Source of the DNA: Candidatus Nomurabacteria bacterium GW2011_GWA2_40_9
GTDB taxonomy: Bacteria; Patescibacteriota; Minisyncoccia; Phycocordibacterales; UBA9973
Direction: 5' to 3'
NCBI GenBank assembly: GCA_000993955.1
Contig: LBZW01000006.1
Coordinates: forward strand, 1 to 56,357
DNA: 56,357 bases
The notes beneath the pieces were generated by a model that made no database searches, was not told the origin of the DNA, and saw nothing but the letters and a program-made list of their open reading frames with translations. A program made the position numbers and the translations under genes. Of this stretch, positions 9,200 to 18,562 are shown one piece after another; position 1 is the first letter of the stretch, and each line of letters starts with the position of its first letter.

Positions 9200-10335
9200 G
9201 AAAGACTACTTGGTAATGTAATTAATTGATTACACAGAGCTTTTGCCTGAGATAGATCCATTGTGAATAATCCTTGATACATTGGAAGTTCTGGCAAAAG
9301 TTTCCATACGTGCTGTACTTGCCAAGGCGTTGATTGAAAATGTTCTATAATTTTTTCTTTTTCATTTGGAAAATCTAGAGAAATTTTAATGGCATTCAAC
9401 CAATAATTGCTGTGAGCATGCAAAGGCTCACTCACAAAAGTAATCCCCTTAATATGCATAAAACTTTCTTTATACTTTTGTGCTAAATTTCTTTTCAGCT
9501 TTAATGTTTCAGAGATATTTTCAAGTTGTGCATATCCCAAAGCCGCATTCACATTAGGCATTCGATAATTGTACCCAATCGTATCATAATAATAAGGATG
9601 TTCATGAGCCACTTTACCTGTATTAGATACATGCCTGATTTTCATGGCTAATTTCTCATTATTTGTCAATACAGCTCCACCGCCACCTGTTGTAATAATT
9701 TTATTTCCATTAAAACTTATGATGGTTGCCAAACCCGCATGCCCTACATGATTAGACTTATAGATAGATCCCAAAGCACCGGCTGCATCTTCAATAAGTT
9801 TAATATGAAATTGATCACAGATGTCACGTAATGAATCTAAATCTACTGGATGCCCAAAAACATGAACAGCAATTAAGGCTTTTATCGGCCGCTGTGTTCT
9901 CTTATTGATGCATACTCCTTTTCGAATGTCCGCTATTTCTGAAAGCCAAGACGAAAGCTTTCGAGGATCAACTCCCAAGGTGTCCATATCACTATCCACA
10001 AAATGTGGAATCGCACCACAATAGGTTACGGCATTTGCCGTTGCCACAAATGTGAATGCTGGCATTAATACTTCATCTCCCGGTTGAATATCAGAGAACT
10101 TTAAGACCAAGTGTAATGCAGACGTCCCATTGACCACAGCAATTACATGAGAAATGCCTGTAAAATCTGCTAACTTATTTTCAAATTTTGAAACATAGCT
10201 TCCTGCCGAAGACACCCACCTGGTATCTAAGCACTCTTTGACATACTTCCAAGCATTACTCTGAAATATCGGCTCATGTAATTTAGCCCCATTCGGAAAA
10301 ATTTCTTCTACTATTTTTGAAATATTCTCGATCAT
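9196..10335 (-). CDS. DegT/DnrJ/EryC1-family PLP aminotransferase (LegC/PseC-like)
   Basis: Layout is typical for the family: AVVNGTSALHL, IEDAAGALGS and the active-site Lys region ISFNGNKIITTGGGGAV. ATGA-type overlap with the 2-epimerase gene. Confidence 0.8.
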   Translation of the reverse strand: MIENISKIVEEIFPNGAKLHEPIFQSNAWKYVKECLDTRWVSSAGSYVSKFENKLADFTGISHVIAVVNGTSALHLVLKFSDIQPGDEVLMPAFTFVATANAVTYCGAIPHFVDSDMDTLGVDPRKLSSWLSEIADIRKGVCINKRTQRPIKALIAVHVFGHPVDLDSLRDICDQFHIKLIEDAAGALGSIYKSNHVGHAGLATIISFNGNKIITTGGGGAVLTNNEKLAMKIRHVSNTGKVAHEHPYYYDTIGYNYRMPNVNAALGYAQLENISETLKLKRNLAQKYKESFMHIKGITFVSEPLHAHSNYWLNAIKISLDFPNEKEKIIEHFQSTPWQVQHVWKLLPELPMYQGLFTMDLSQAKALCNQLITLPSSLS

Positions 10336-10356
10336 AGACTTCTAAAGGTTAATCCA

Positions 10357-11643
10357 TTAAAGAGTGATTGTTTTAACGAATGTATTGCCATAAGAATCAT
10401 TAGAAGCAACTCCAATCGTATCGATATCATTGCTATGAATGGCATTTTCATCAAAGATATAATACCAACGTGTTAGAGAGGGATCAAAATTAAAATTGTC
10501 ATGAATAAACCGTCCGGACTTTGTTTTTACAGATAAAAAGGGCTGCGGCCCAAAGACTTTCCCCTTCTTTGTTTCTACTTTTAATATAAGCTCGTTAGAA
10601 ACATTTTCTAGAGTGGTATTCAGTTCTAGTTTTTCTCCAGAGAACTCTGGTCCATAGACCACATTTTTAAAAGCATTGACCGCTCCACTAAATTTAAATT
10701 GCACATCTGGAAATTTTTGAGATGCAATTTTTATCTTTTCTCTAACGCTATTGATTTCAGGACACATATCTCGAAAATCATGATTATTAAAAGCTAATAG
10801 TGTAGGTTTTCCAGTATGCGCACGATGGAAAGCTTTTTCTACTTCTTCTTGTGTTAATTCTCTACCTCTCATATTAATATCAATACATCTGGCAATCCAT
10901 CTCTTACAATTTCCAGGTATTTGCCAGCTATCAATGCTCGGCTGATAAACAGACCAATCGTCCGGCGCTAATCTCCAGTCTCCTGAACGACCATTCCGAA
11001 TATCCAAGTGCGATTGCAGTAAATGATCTGCGGAATGAAAAGCCCAATTCGTAAAATCAAAAGGAATCCATTGCTCAAAGAAAAGATGACTATCTGGCCT
11101 CTCTGCCTGAAACCCAGCTCGAACCGCCGCTGGAAATGTTTGTCGTTCAATAATCTTACGACAAAGCACCTGATACAAATGAGGAGAATTGACATAACTA
11201 GTCGCATTTTTGTGTGCTTCTTTATATATCGGCATAGGGTGAAAATGCCAATGCACTTCATCTTGAGATGATAAATACCTCTGCAGGGCTTCTTGATAAT
11301 AATCATAAATATTATGGTAACCCATATCCCTTTTTCGTGGATTATACTCATAGCCTACATGATCCAAGCAAAACCAATTATAAATCCATCCCCCTCCAAA
11401 AGAATCTAATATTTCTTTCCTAAAATGCTCAGACAAAATATTTTCAAGCATCTTATTAATTTTATCCCAATTATCATTATAACTCTGTAAGTGTGACGAA
11501 AAAGCCTCAGAAATCACAGATGTTTTATTTCCAAAATCAATTTCTTTATTTTGAATTTTTCTCAAATTACTTAGTGAAGGCTCTAAAAAAATTCCAAAGA
11601 TGCGTTTTATCCGCTCAAATGTGGCTGTTAAAGATTCATACAA
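10357..11643 (-). CDS. Conserved-looking hypothetical protein (428 aa), function unknown
   Basis: Long uninterrupted ORF embedded in the operon. His-rich motifs (HWHFHPMP, NNHDFRD) hint at a metal-dependent hydrolase/deacetylase-like fold, but no family was recognised. Confidence 0.5.
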   Translation of the reverse strand: MYESLTATFERIKRIFGIFLEPSLSNLRKIQNKEIDFGNKTSVISEAFSSHLQSYNDNWDKINKMLENILSEHFRKEILDSFGGGWIYNWFCLDHVGYEYNPRKRDMGYHNIYDYYQEALQRYLSSQDEVHWHFHPMPIYKEAHKNATSYVNSPHLYQVLCRKIIERQTFPAAVRAGFQAERPDSHLFFEQWIPFDFTNWAFHSADHLLQSHLDIRNGRSGDWRLAPDDWSVYQPSIDSWQIPGNCKRWIARCIDINMRGRELTQEEVEKAFHRAHTGKPTLLAFNNHDFRDMCPEINSVREKIKIASQKFPDVQFKFSGAVNAFKNVVYGPEFSGEKLELNTTLENVSNELILKVETKKGKVFGPQPFLSVKTKSGRFIHDNFNFDPSLTRWYYIFDENAIHSNDIDTIGVASNDSYGNTFVKTITL

Positions 11644-11727
11644 AGGACCTTCTGTATCAATGCAATGGACTATATAAACTATTTTCTCTTGAGTAATAAA
11701 TCCCCCTTTTTATGTGAATTTTAAAAC

Positions 11728-12495
11728 CTATTTAAGAAAGACACTCAAAATATCCAAGTGGTATTCTAATCCCAAACCATTTTTAAATATCCTATTCCCA
11801 CTTAAATCCCTTTCAGTCCAAGATCGTATAGGATCTTTTTGTTTTGGAAGATCAAAAGGGAAAAAAACTCTTTCAAATTTCCATTTCTTTACCAGTGGAT
11901 GTGGCTTTAAAAATTTTGAAATACTCTGTTTAGAAAATAAATTGTAACAACGTTTCCATGGACCCGTATCATGACTATATCGGTATCTCACAAGCCGATC
12001 TACTCCATAATCATTAAATGCACTTATTATAAATATAACCCCTGTTTTTTTACAGACCCTAAAACATTCATTGAAAACTGTTTTAAAATCGTCACACCCT
12101 GAAAGGACCCCCAAGAATGTAACAAAATCAAATTCATGGCTTCCCAATTGATCCATATGGTTCGCATCCCCTAGAATATAAGTGCATTCCTTATTATGCT
12201 GTCTCCCTACCTTGATAAGCTCCTTGTCGATGTCAATACAGGTACACTCCATTTTTGGGAAACATTGCTTTATGTAATAAGCAAACACCCCCCTCCCCCC
12301 CCCCACATCTAATAATTTTTTTGTCTGGAGTTTCCCTTTTAAAAGTTTTTTTATTTTATCTGCAATTAACGTAAATAAAAACTTTGGCTTAGCTCTCTTA
12401 TCAAATTTTATATAAATATGAGTAAAATCAACAACAGAATTATAAAAAGAAAGCTTACCCATCTTTCGATTTTCTCTTAGTTTCGCCACCTTCAT
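11728..12495 (-). CDS. Class I SAM-dependent methyltransferase carrying a G10-A-G6 tract in motif I
   Basis: Motif I LLDVGGGRGVFAYY is followed by an acidic motif II region. The GGGRG glycines are encoded entirely by a homopolymeric G run. Confidence 0.75.
   Translation of the reverse strand: MKVAKLRENRKMGKLSFYNSVVDFTHIYIKFDKRAKPKFLFTLIADKIKKLLKGKLQTKKLLDVGGGRGVFAYYIKQCFPKMECTCIDIDKELIKVGRQHNKECTYILGDANHMDQLGSHEFDFVTFLGVLSGCDDFKTVFNECFRVCKKTGVIFIISAFNDYGVDRLVRYRYSHDTGPWKRCYNLFSKQSISKFLKPHPLVKKWKFERVFFPFDLPKQKDPIRSWTERDLSGNRIFKNGLGLEYHLDILSVFLK
12288..12304 (-). repeat. Homopolymeric tract: C6-T-C10 on the + strand (G10-A-G6 on the coding strand)
   Basis: Counted directly: C at 12288-12293, T at 12294, C at 12295-12304. 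Reads gat gtg ggg ggg ggg agg ggg gtg (DVGGGRGV) on the minus strand. Confidence 0.95.
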
Positions 12496-13460
12496 CTCAG
12501 CCTCTCTTTAAATAAATTATCGATAAGAATCGTATGATCTTGCCTTGGTTGTTCTAATGCCGTAAAAGACTCTTTTTGAATCATATTCGATCGAAACCCA
12601 ATTTCAATACCTAATTTTTGCAATATTTTCAAGGTGTCTTGGTTGTAAGAATTGTTTGGGTGAGCCATAATAATAGATTTTTTACCTAAAAGTTTTACGA
12701 GCAATTCATCATTGAACGTGTATTCTCGTTTTTGCTCATCGAAAGAGAGAGTTCCCATCTGCGTTGGATGTGAATGTCCGTGTAAACCAATGATATGGCC
12801 CTCATCTGACAGTTTTTTTAATTCTGGCATCCCCATCCAAATTTTTTTGAGCGTCTTGTCTACATCAAAATCTTTTTGCATCATCAGTTGACTCATTAAG
12901 AGATGATACTGGAATGATGTAAGCACTTTATCACGTATATATCTGTATTTTCGATCATTATAAGTATAAAAATGAAACTCGTTGAGATAAGAAGAAAAAT
13001 TAAAATGATGAAGTGTGTTTTCAATGGCTTCAAAAAATGGCTGTTTTGAAAGTGCAAAAAAGAAAGCCTTATAGAAATCTTCTATGGTTTTAAAACACGT
13101 ATTACGAAAATATCTATATAATTCAAGATGTTCAATTTCTCCGTTTAGGCTCACTGTATTCACAAACCAAAAAGCGCGCATTCCAAATCTTTGTAAAATA
13201 GGATATGCAATATCATATTGCGACAAAAGACCATGGTCGAACGTAATACAAATATCTGACGAACAAAGACGGCCCTTCCGAAATTTATCTATCCATTCTT
13301 CCGGTTGGATAACTGAAGAACGGATAGATTCAAATAACAATAAACATTGCTCTTGCGTGATAGATCCCTGGCTAGGCGGATGAATTTCATTATGAAAATA
13401 ATGAAACATAATTCCATGAGCATATGGATACGCTGAAAGGTATTTTTTAAACGCCTTCAT
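12492..13460 (-). CDS. Polysaccharide deacetylase (NodB-homology) family protein
   Basis: ICITFDHGLLSQYD (degenerate DD motif), RAFWFV and LHGHSHP motifs. Overlaps the downstream methyltransferase by 4 nt. Confidence 0.65.
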   Translation of the reverse strand: MKAFKKYLSAYPYAHGIMFHYFHNEIHPPSQGSITQEQCLLLFESIRSSVIQPEEWIDKFRKGRLCSSDICITFDHGLLSQYDIAYPILQRFGMRAFWFVNTVSLNGEIEHLELYRYFRNTCFKTIEDFYKAFFFALSKQPFFEAIENTLHHFNFSSYLNEFHFYTYNDRKYRYIRDKVLTSFQYHLLMSQLMMQKDFDVDKTLKKIWMGMPELKKLSDEGHIIGLHGHSHPTQMGTLSFDEQKREYTFNDELLVKLLGKKSIIMAHPNNSYNQDTLKILQKLGIEIGFRSNMIQKESFTALEQPRQDHTILIDNLFKERLR

Positions 13461-14499
13461 TTATAAAATAGGATCATTTTGATTAAAGTTCTTTTTAGCT
13501 GGTATATTTATCATATTCCAAATATTATTGGCTAAGCAATGAGCTTCCGGACGTTTACATATCATATCATCCAACGATAATAATTTTCCTTTAGGAATAT
13601 ACCGTTTAGCATACACGCCCTTGCGTACCATTTTTTTATTTTTAATTTCAACAGGTGTAGGTTTCTTCTTCCCATTTCCAAGAGCGCGCTCAATAATTCG
13701 AATGGATCGCACCATATCTAGAAATTCTTTAGGCTCTAAAGAAGCCTCATGATCTGGGCCAGGAAGATTATTATCTAATGTAAGATGTTTTTCAATAACC
13801 CTAGCTCCTAGCTGGATATTCTGATACACAATGAAGTAGCACAACCTTCTCCTCTAATATTTTTCTGACTTTAGATTTTGAATATATTTTCTTCAATTGC
13901 TTTAAGGTAGGAATCTTTTTTGCCTTCAAATATCCAAAGGCAATAATTTTCAAAGCTCTCTTAATTTCTTTAAGCGTACTCATTCCTGTGGATAAAAGCA
14001 TAGGCTTTTGAGTTCTGGCCGCACATAACAAAAGATGATCGTGCGTTAACTCACCAGATGCCACTTTAATAAGAGGCATCTTAAATTTTTGGACCAAATA
14101 ACTTAAACTTTTGATATCAAAAGGGGTAGATAAAAATAAAATATTTCTCTTGTTACAATAGTTCACTATTTTCTCATGCATAGAAGCAGTCAGTTCTAAT
14201 CGCTTTAACATCTCATATTGAGTTAATGAGGATTCTTTTTTTCTCTGATAAAGTACTTTAGGCGCCTCTGGAACCACCAGATCGTCTGTATAAAAAGATT
14301 GAAATTTAATAGCATCCGCACCTGCTGTTTTTGCAGCATCAATAAGTTTAAACGCCATACTTAATGAACCATTATGGTTCACTCCTGCCTCAGCGATAAT
14401 AAATACTTTGTGTCTCAGAGTTTTTTCTATATAAGGCTGCATAAAAGTTGTATCTAGCTTAAAATCAATTAAACTTCTAGCATTAAAAAATGCTCTCAA
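13461..14499 (-). pseudogene. NeuB/LegI/PseI-type nonulosonic acid synthase, disrupted by an internal deletion plus frame change
   Basis: The N-terminal ORF (13801..14499) has IIAEAGVNHNGS, DAIKFQ and HCVSEYPA. The C-terminal ORF (13461..13844) starts at LGARVIEKHLTLD..GPDHEASLEP and includes the SAF domain. The ~40 residues normally between YPA and LGA, including the SDHT metal-binding motif, are absent, and the two halves are in different frames. Confidence 0.75.
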
Positions 14500-14510
14500 C
14501 TAATCCGAAT

Positions 14511-14540
14511 TTGACTGTTGCTATCTACGACAAATATAGT
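14511..14540 (+). promoter_or_regulatory. Possible sigma70-like promoter (TTGACT, 18 nt, TATAGT) for the phosphoramidate operon
   Basis: Hexamers read directly at 14511-14516 and 14535-14540, in the 96-bp divergent spacer upstream of the ATG at 14596. Confidence 0.3.
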
Positions 14541-14595
14541 AAAAATTTGAGAAAGGTCAACTAACATAACTATATTTATGAGATAAAAATTACCT

Positions 14596-15399
14596 ATGCA
14601 GGCCACATACCGAAATAAGAATATCAATGAATATTGGCATGACCGGTGGGATCAGATCCCTATTGATTCGGTAATGAAAAATGAAAACATCTACCCACTG
14701 AAGTACGCAAACATGACCATTCAATCCCAGCAGGGAAGAATTTTAGAACTGGGCTGTGGACCTGGACGATTGCTGAGGTATTATAAAAATCGCGGATATA
14801 ATATTGTGGGAGTAGACTTTGTAGAAGCAATCATTGACAGATTAAAAAAAACAGACCCTGAATTACAGGTAGAAGCTGGAAATGCACAACGTCTTCATTT
14901 TAATGATAAATCTTTTCGTTATGTCTTGGCCTTTGGTATATATCACAATTTATTAGAAGATAGTTTAAAACATGCCATACAAGAAACCTTTCGAATTCTC
15001 GAACCTGGAGGAAAAGTATGTGCTTCTTTTCGAGCCGATAATTTCCAAAAAAAAATAATGGATCGGCTTTCAAAAAAACAAACCACTCATCAGCATGAAA
15101 ACAACACAATAAAAATATTTCATAAATTAAATCTTACTCGGCCTGAATGTATAACACTCTTTAAAGAAGCTGGATTTGAAGTGGAAAATATTTTCCCAGT
15201 AGAAAACATGTCTTTTCTTTATAAATTTTCTTGTTTTCGATCGAAATCTCAAAAATTATTTGATGAACATATCGCCAGAGAAGAAGGATATACACTGTCC
15301 TTTTTAGGTCAGACGATCCAGAAGTTTTTAATGAAACTTTTCCCTAATACATTTTGCAATGTCTATGTGTTAATTGCTAAAAAGAAAGAGATCTCATGA
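14596..15399 (+). CDS. Class I SAM-dependent methyltransferase (positional equivalent of C. jejuni Cj1419/Cj1420)
   Basis: Motif I ILELGCGPGRLL and post-I acidic residue VGVDF. ATGA overlap with the downstream kinase-like gene. Confidence 0.7.
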   Translation: MQATYRNKNINEYWHDRWDQIPIDSVMKNENIYPLKYANMTIQSQQGRILELGCGPGRLLRYYKNRGYNIVGVDFVEAIIDRLKKTDPELQVEAGNAQRLHFNDKSFRYVLAFGIYHNLLEDSLKHAIQETFRILEPGGKVCASFRADNFQKKIMDRLSKKQTTHQHENNTIKIFHKLNLTRPECITLFKEAGFEVENIFPVENMSFLYKFSCFRSKSQKLFDEHIAREEGYTLSFLGQTIQKFLMKLFPNTFCNVYVLIAKKKEIS

Positions 15400-18300
15400 A
15401 TCATTCTTTTCAGGAAGATCAACCAAATAAGATAATCCCATTAAAGGCCATTATCTTAGGTGCAAATCGAGGCATTCGTCGTTTAGACAGTACAAAAAGT
15501 TACCCTCATGCTCTTGGAAAAGGTATCTTTGGAAAATCCGTTTTAGATTGGCAATTATCTTCATTCAAGGCTTGTGGAATTAAAGACATTGTCTTTGTGG
15601 GAGGATATCATTTAGAAAAAATAATCGCAAAATATCCAGGCTTAAACTATTATTTCAATCCTAAGTGGGATTCTTCTGGCTCACTTTTTTCTCTCTTTTG
15701 TGCTCGGGAGGAGTTAACAGAGCCTTGCCTGATCATTTATTCTGACGTTGTTTTTCGACTGAATGTCCTTCAACAATTTATAGCCTGTTCCCAAAATAAT
15801 AAGATTATAATAGGCATCGATCGATCCCCTGATACCGACCTAAGAGAAATGTACAAATCCGAACATATCGAAAGCGTCCAACTGTCACATGAAAATTTAG
15901 TCAAAATAGGCCCACAGATGAATTCCCTTGGAAAAGAAGATGGATTATTCACCGGACTTTGTTTTCTCCCACAACCTATTGTCTCTCAATTAAAAGAAAA
16001 ATTTACCTCCCCCCAATGGATTAACTCACCCCATATTAAAAAATTAAATTTTTCAGATATGTTACAAGAATTACTCAAAGAAGGAAAAAACTTCCAGACA
16101 TATAATATCTCTCAAGACTGGGCTAAGATTCAAAATCCCTTTAGCTTAGCAAGATTTATTTTTGGAACGAAAGCTCAAACCTTGGAAAGATTACGTCAGG
16201 TTATCAAAGGGGCTACCATTCTGGATCAGATTCGCTTTAGTGTGGAGGATTGGACCCACCAGCCAGAAAACATTTTAAATAAAATACAAAAAAAGCTTTC
16301 CTCCAATCAAGTAATTATTCGAAGCAGCGCCTCAAGCGAAGACACATGGGAGTCTTCGAATGCAGGACTTTTTTATAGTGAAAAAACCGTAGACATCAAC
16401 AATAGAGATTTACTACACCAAGGGATTGAACGTGTCATTTCGAGTTTTCAGGCTGCTACGGGCGAACACAACTTAGACCAAGTTTTTGTTCAACCCTATA
16501 TTTCTAATTTAAAAATGTCTGGTGTTATATTCACTAGAGAGCTTGAAAGTGGAGCCCCTTATATCATCATTAATTACTCTTCACATCCTGATAAAACAGA
16601 TGTCATCACTTCTGGATGGAGTGACAATGTTCAAACATTTATTGTATATAAATATACGGACTTTAAAGGTACAGATCCAAATATTATTCAATTACTAAAA
16701 TTAGTTAAAGAATTAGAACAATCCACTAATCTTGATTCCCTTGATATTGAATTTGCTATTGATCAACATGATGACTGTTTTTTATTTCAAGCCAGACCTT
16801 TAGTTTTGCCCTTAATTCGAAAAAAATTTAATGATAAAGATTTTGTTTTAGAAAAAAATTCAATAAAAACATTTATTAATAATCTCATGCAACGTCGTCC
16901 TTATTTATTTGGAGAAAAAACAATTCTCGGGAACATGCCTGATTGGAATCCTGCAGAAATGATTGGCACCGCTCCGAGACCTTTGGCCTTAACGCTGTAT
17001 CAATATCTTATTACAGATAAAGTATGGGGGGAAAGCCGCCAATGTCTGGGATATAAAGATACATACCCAGAACCCCTAATGATCTCATTAGCAGGAAAAC
17101 CTTACATAGATATCCGAACGAGTTTGAACTCTTTTCTCCCAAAGGAACTTTCTCTTGAAGTTTCCGAAAGATTAATTAATTATTATTTAGAACGCTTACA
17201 ACGGTATCCCAATTTTTTTGATAAACTTGAATTTGAAGTCGCCATTACTTGCTTGAGTTTTGATTTTGATAAGCATGCAAGAAATCTTACAGAATCCGGA
17301 TTTCAAAAATCTTCCATTGATGAAATTAAAACATCTGTCTTAAAGTTAACCAACAACATTTTAAATGAAACCTCGATAAACTTAGATCATCAATTACAGC
17401 AACTAGAGATCCTCACCAAAAGAAGAGAGAATATTTTATCTCTCAAAAATATTAGTGCCTCAGAAATACTCAAGGGCATCCATAACCTTTTAGATGATTG
17501 CATACGATATGGAACATTGCCCTTTTCTAACTTAGCCAGGTGTGCCTTCATTTCGACCGCATTTCTAAAATCGCTTCATAGCATCAAAATCTTATCACAA
17601 GCTGACTATGATCTTTTTTTACAATCCATTCCCACCATAGCTTCCGAGATATCTGAAGACATGACACGTATGGTTCATGGAAGCCTATCCATGAAAGATT
17701 TCTTAAATCGTTATGGTCATTTGAGACCTGGGACCTATGACATCCTTTCACCAAGGTATGATGAATCTCCTGAAATTTATTTTCCAAATATTATCCAAAC
17801 CAACTCTCTTCAAGAAAAACGAAACCCCATAAAAACAGAAAGAGATGCAAAGGAAATAATTTTGGAAAAACGCCCTGCACTTAATGCTTTGCTCAAACAA
17901 CATGGAATAACCTGCTCATCTGAACAATTAGTGTATTTTATGGTAAAAAGTATCCAAGCTAGAGAATATGCTAAGTTTGAGTTTACAAAGAATATCAGTG
18001 TCGTCTTACAGAAATTAAGCCAATTTGGAGAAATAAATAATATGTCCATAGATGATATGTCATTTACTTCTATATATTATTTACTTTCACTTTCAACCAG
18101 TAATCCTCCAAGTGATATAAAAAGAGATCTTAAGATGCATGCAAGACGGCATATGAAACAATATGCCCTTACCCAATCAATACAATTGCCATCACTCATT
18201 TATTCATCTGATGATTTAGATTATTTTTACCACAAGGAAATGCAGCCAAATTTTATAACATCAAAGAAAGTCACCGCAGACCTCTTAAAGTTAGATAAAC

Positions 18301-18560
18301 TGACTCACGAAAAATTGGATCTTACAGACAAGATTATATGTATTGAAAATGCTGATCCTGGTTATGACTGGATTTTTGGATATAAGATCGCTGGTCTTGT
18401 GACTAAGTATGGAGGCATTGCATCACACATGTCCATTAGAGCAGCAGAATTTGGCTTACCTGCGGCCATTGGTTGTGGAGATGTCATTTTCCAAAAAATA
18501 TTGCATTCCACAAAAATAGAGTTAAATTGTGCTACTCGGCAAATTCATTTTGTGAAATAA
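15396..18560 (+). CDS. Fusion: N-terminal nucleotidyltransferase domain plus PEP-utilising/PPDK-like ATP-dependent kinase (Cj1418-like L-glutamine kinase candidate)
   Basis: Residues ~10-250 form an NTP-transferase fold (AIILGANRGIRR...YSDVVF). The ATP-grasp/PPDK N-domain motif VIIRSSASSEDTWESSNAGLF follows. The C-terminal swivel phosphohistidine motif is LVTKYGGIASHMSIRAAEFGLPAAIGCG. Confidence 0.65.
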   Translation: MNHSFQEDQPNKIIPLKAIILGANRGIRRLDSTKSYPHALGKGIFGKSVLDWQLSSFKACGIKDIVFVGGYHLEKIIAKYPGLNYYFNPKWDSSGSLFSLFCAREELTEPCLIIYSDVVFRLNVLQQFIACSQNNKIIIGIDRSPDTDLREMYKSEHIESVQLSHENLVKIGPQMNSLGKEDGLFTGLCFLPQPIVSQLKEKFTSPQWINSPHIKKLNFSDMLQELLKEGKNFQTYNISQDWAKIQNPFSLARFIFGTKAQTLERLRQVIKGATILDQIRFSVEDWTHQPENILNKIQKKLSSNQVIIRSSASSEDTWESSNAGLFYSEKTVDINNRDLLHQGIERVISSFQAATGEHNLDQVFVQPYISNLKMSGVIFTRELESGAPYIIINYSSHPDKTDVITSGWSDNVQTFIVYKYTDFKGTDPNIIQLLKLVKELEQSTNLDSLDIEFAIDQHDDCFLFQARPLVLPLIRKKFNDKDFVLEKNSIKTFINNLMQRRPYLFGEKTILGNMPDWNPAEMIGTAPRPLALTLYQYLITDKVWGESRQCLGYKDTYPEPLMISLAGKPYIDIRTSLNSFLPKELSLEVSERLINYYLERLQRYPNFFDKLEFEVAITCLSFDFDKHARNLTESGFQKSSIDEIKTSVLKLTNNILNETSINLDHQLQQLEILTKRRENILSLKNISASEILKGIHNLLDDCIRYGTLPFSNLARCAFISTAFLKSLHSIKILSQADYDLFLQSIPTIASEISEDMTRMVHGSLSMKDFLNRYGHLRPGTYDILSPRYDESPEIYFPNIIQTNSLQEKRNPIKTERDAKEIILEKRPALNALLKQHGITCSSEQLVYFMVKSIQAREYAKFEFTKNISVVLQKLSQFGEINNMSIDDMSFTSIYYLLSLSTSNPPSDIKRDLKMHARRHMKQYALTQSIQLPSLIYSSDDLDYFYHKEMQPNFITSKKVTADLLKLDKLTHEKLDLTDKIICIENADPGYDWIFGYKIAGLVTKYGGIASHMSIRAAEFGLPAAIGCGDVIFQKILHSTKIELNCATRQIHFVK

Positions 18561-18562
18561 AT

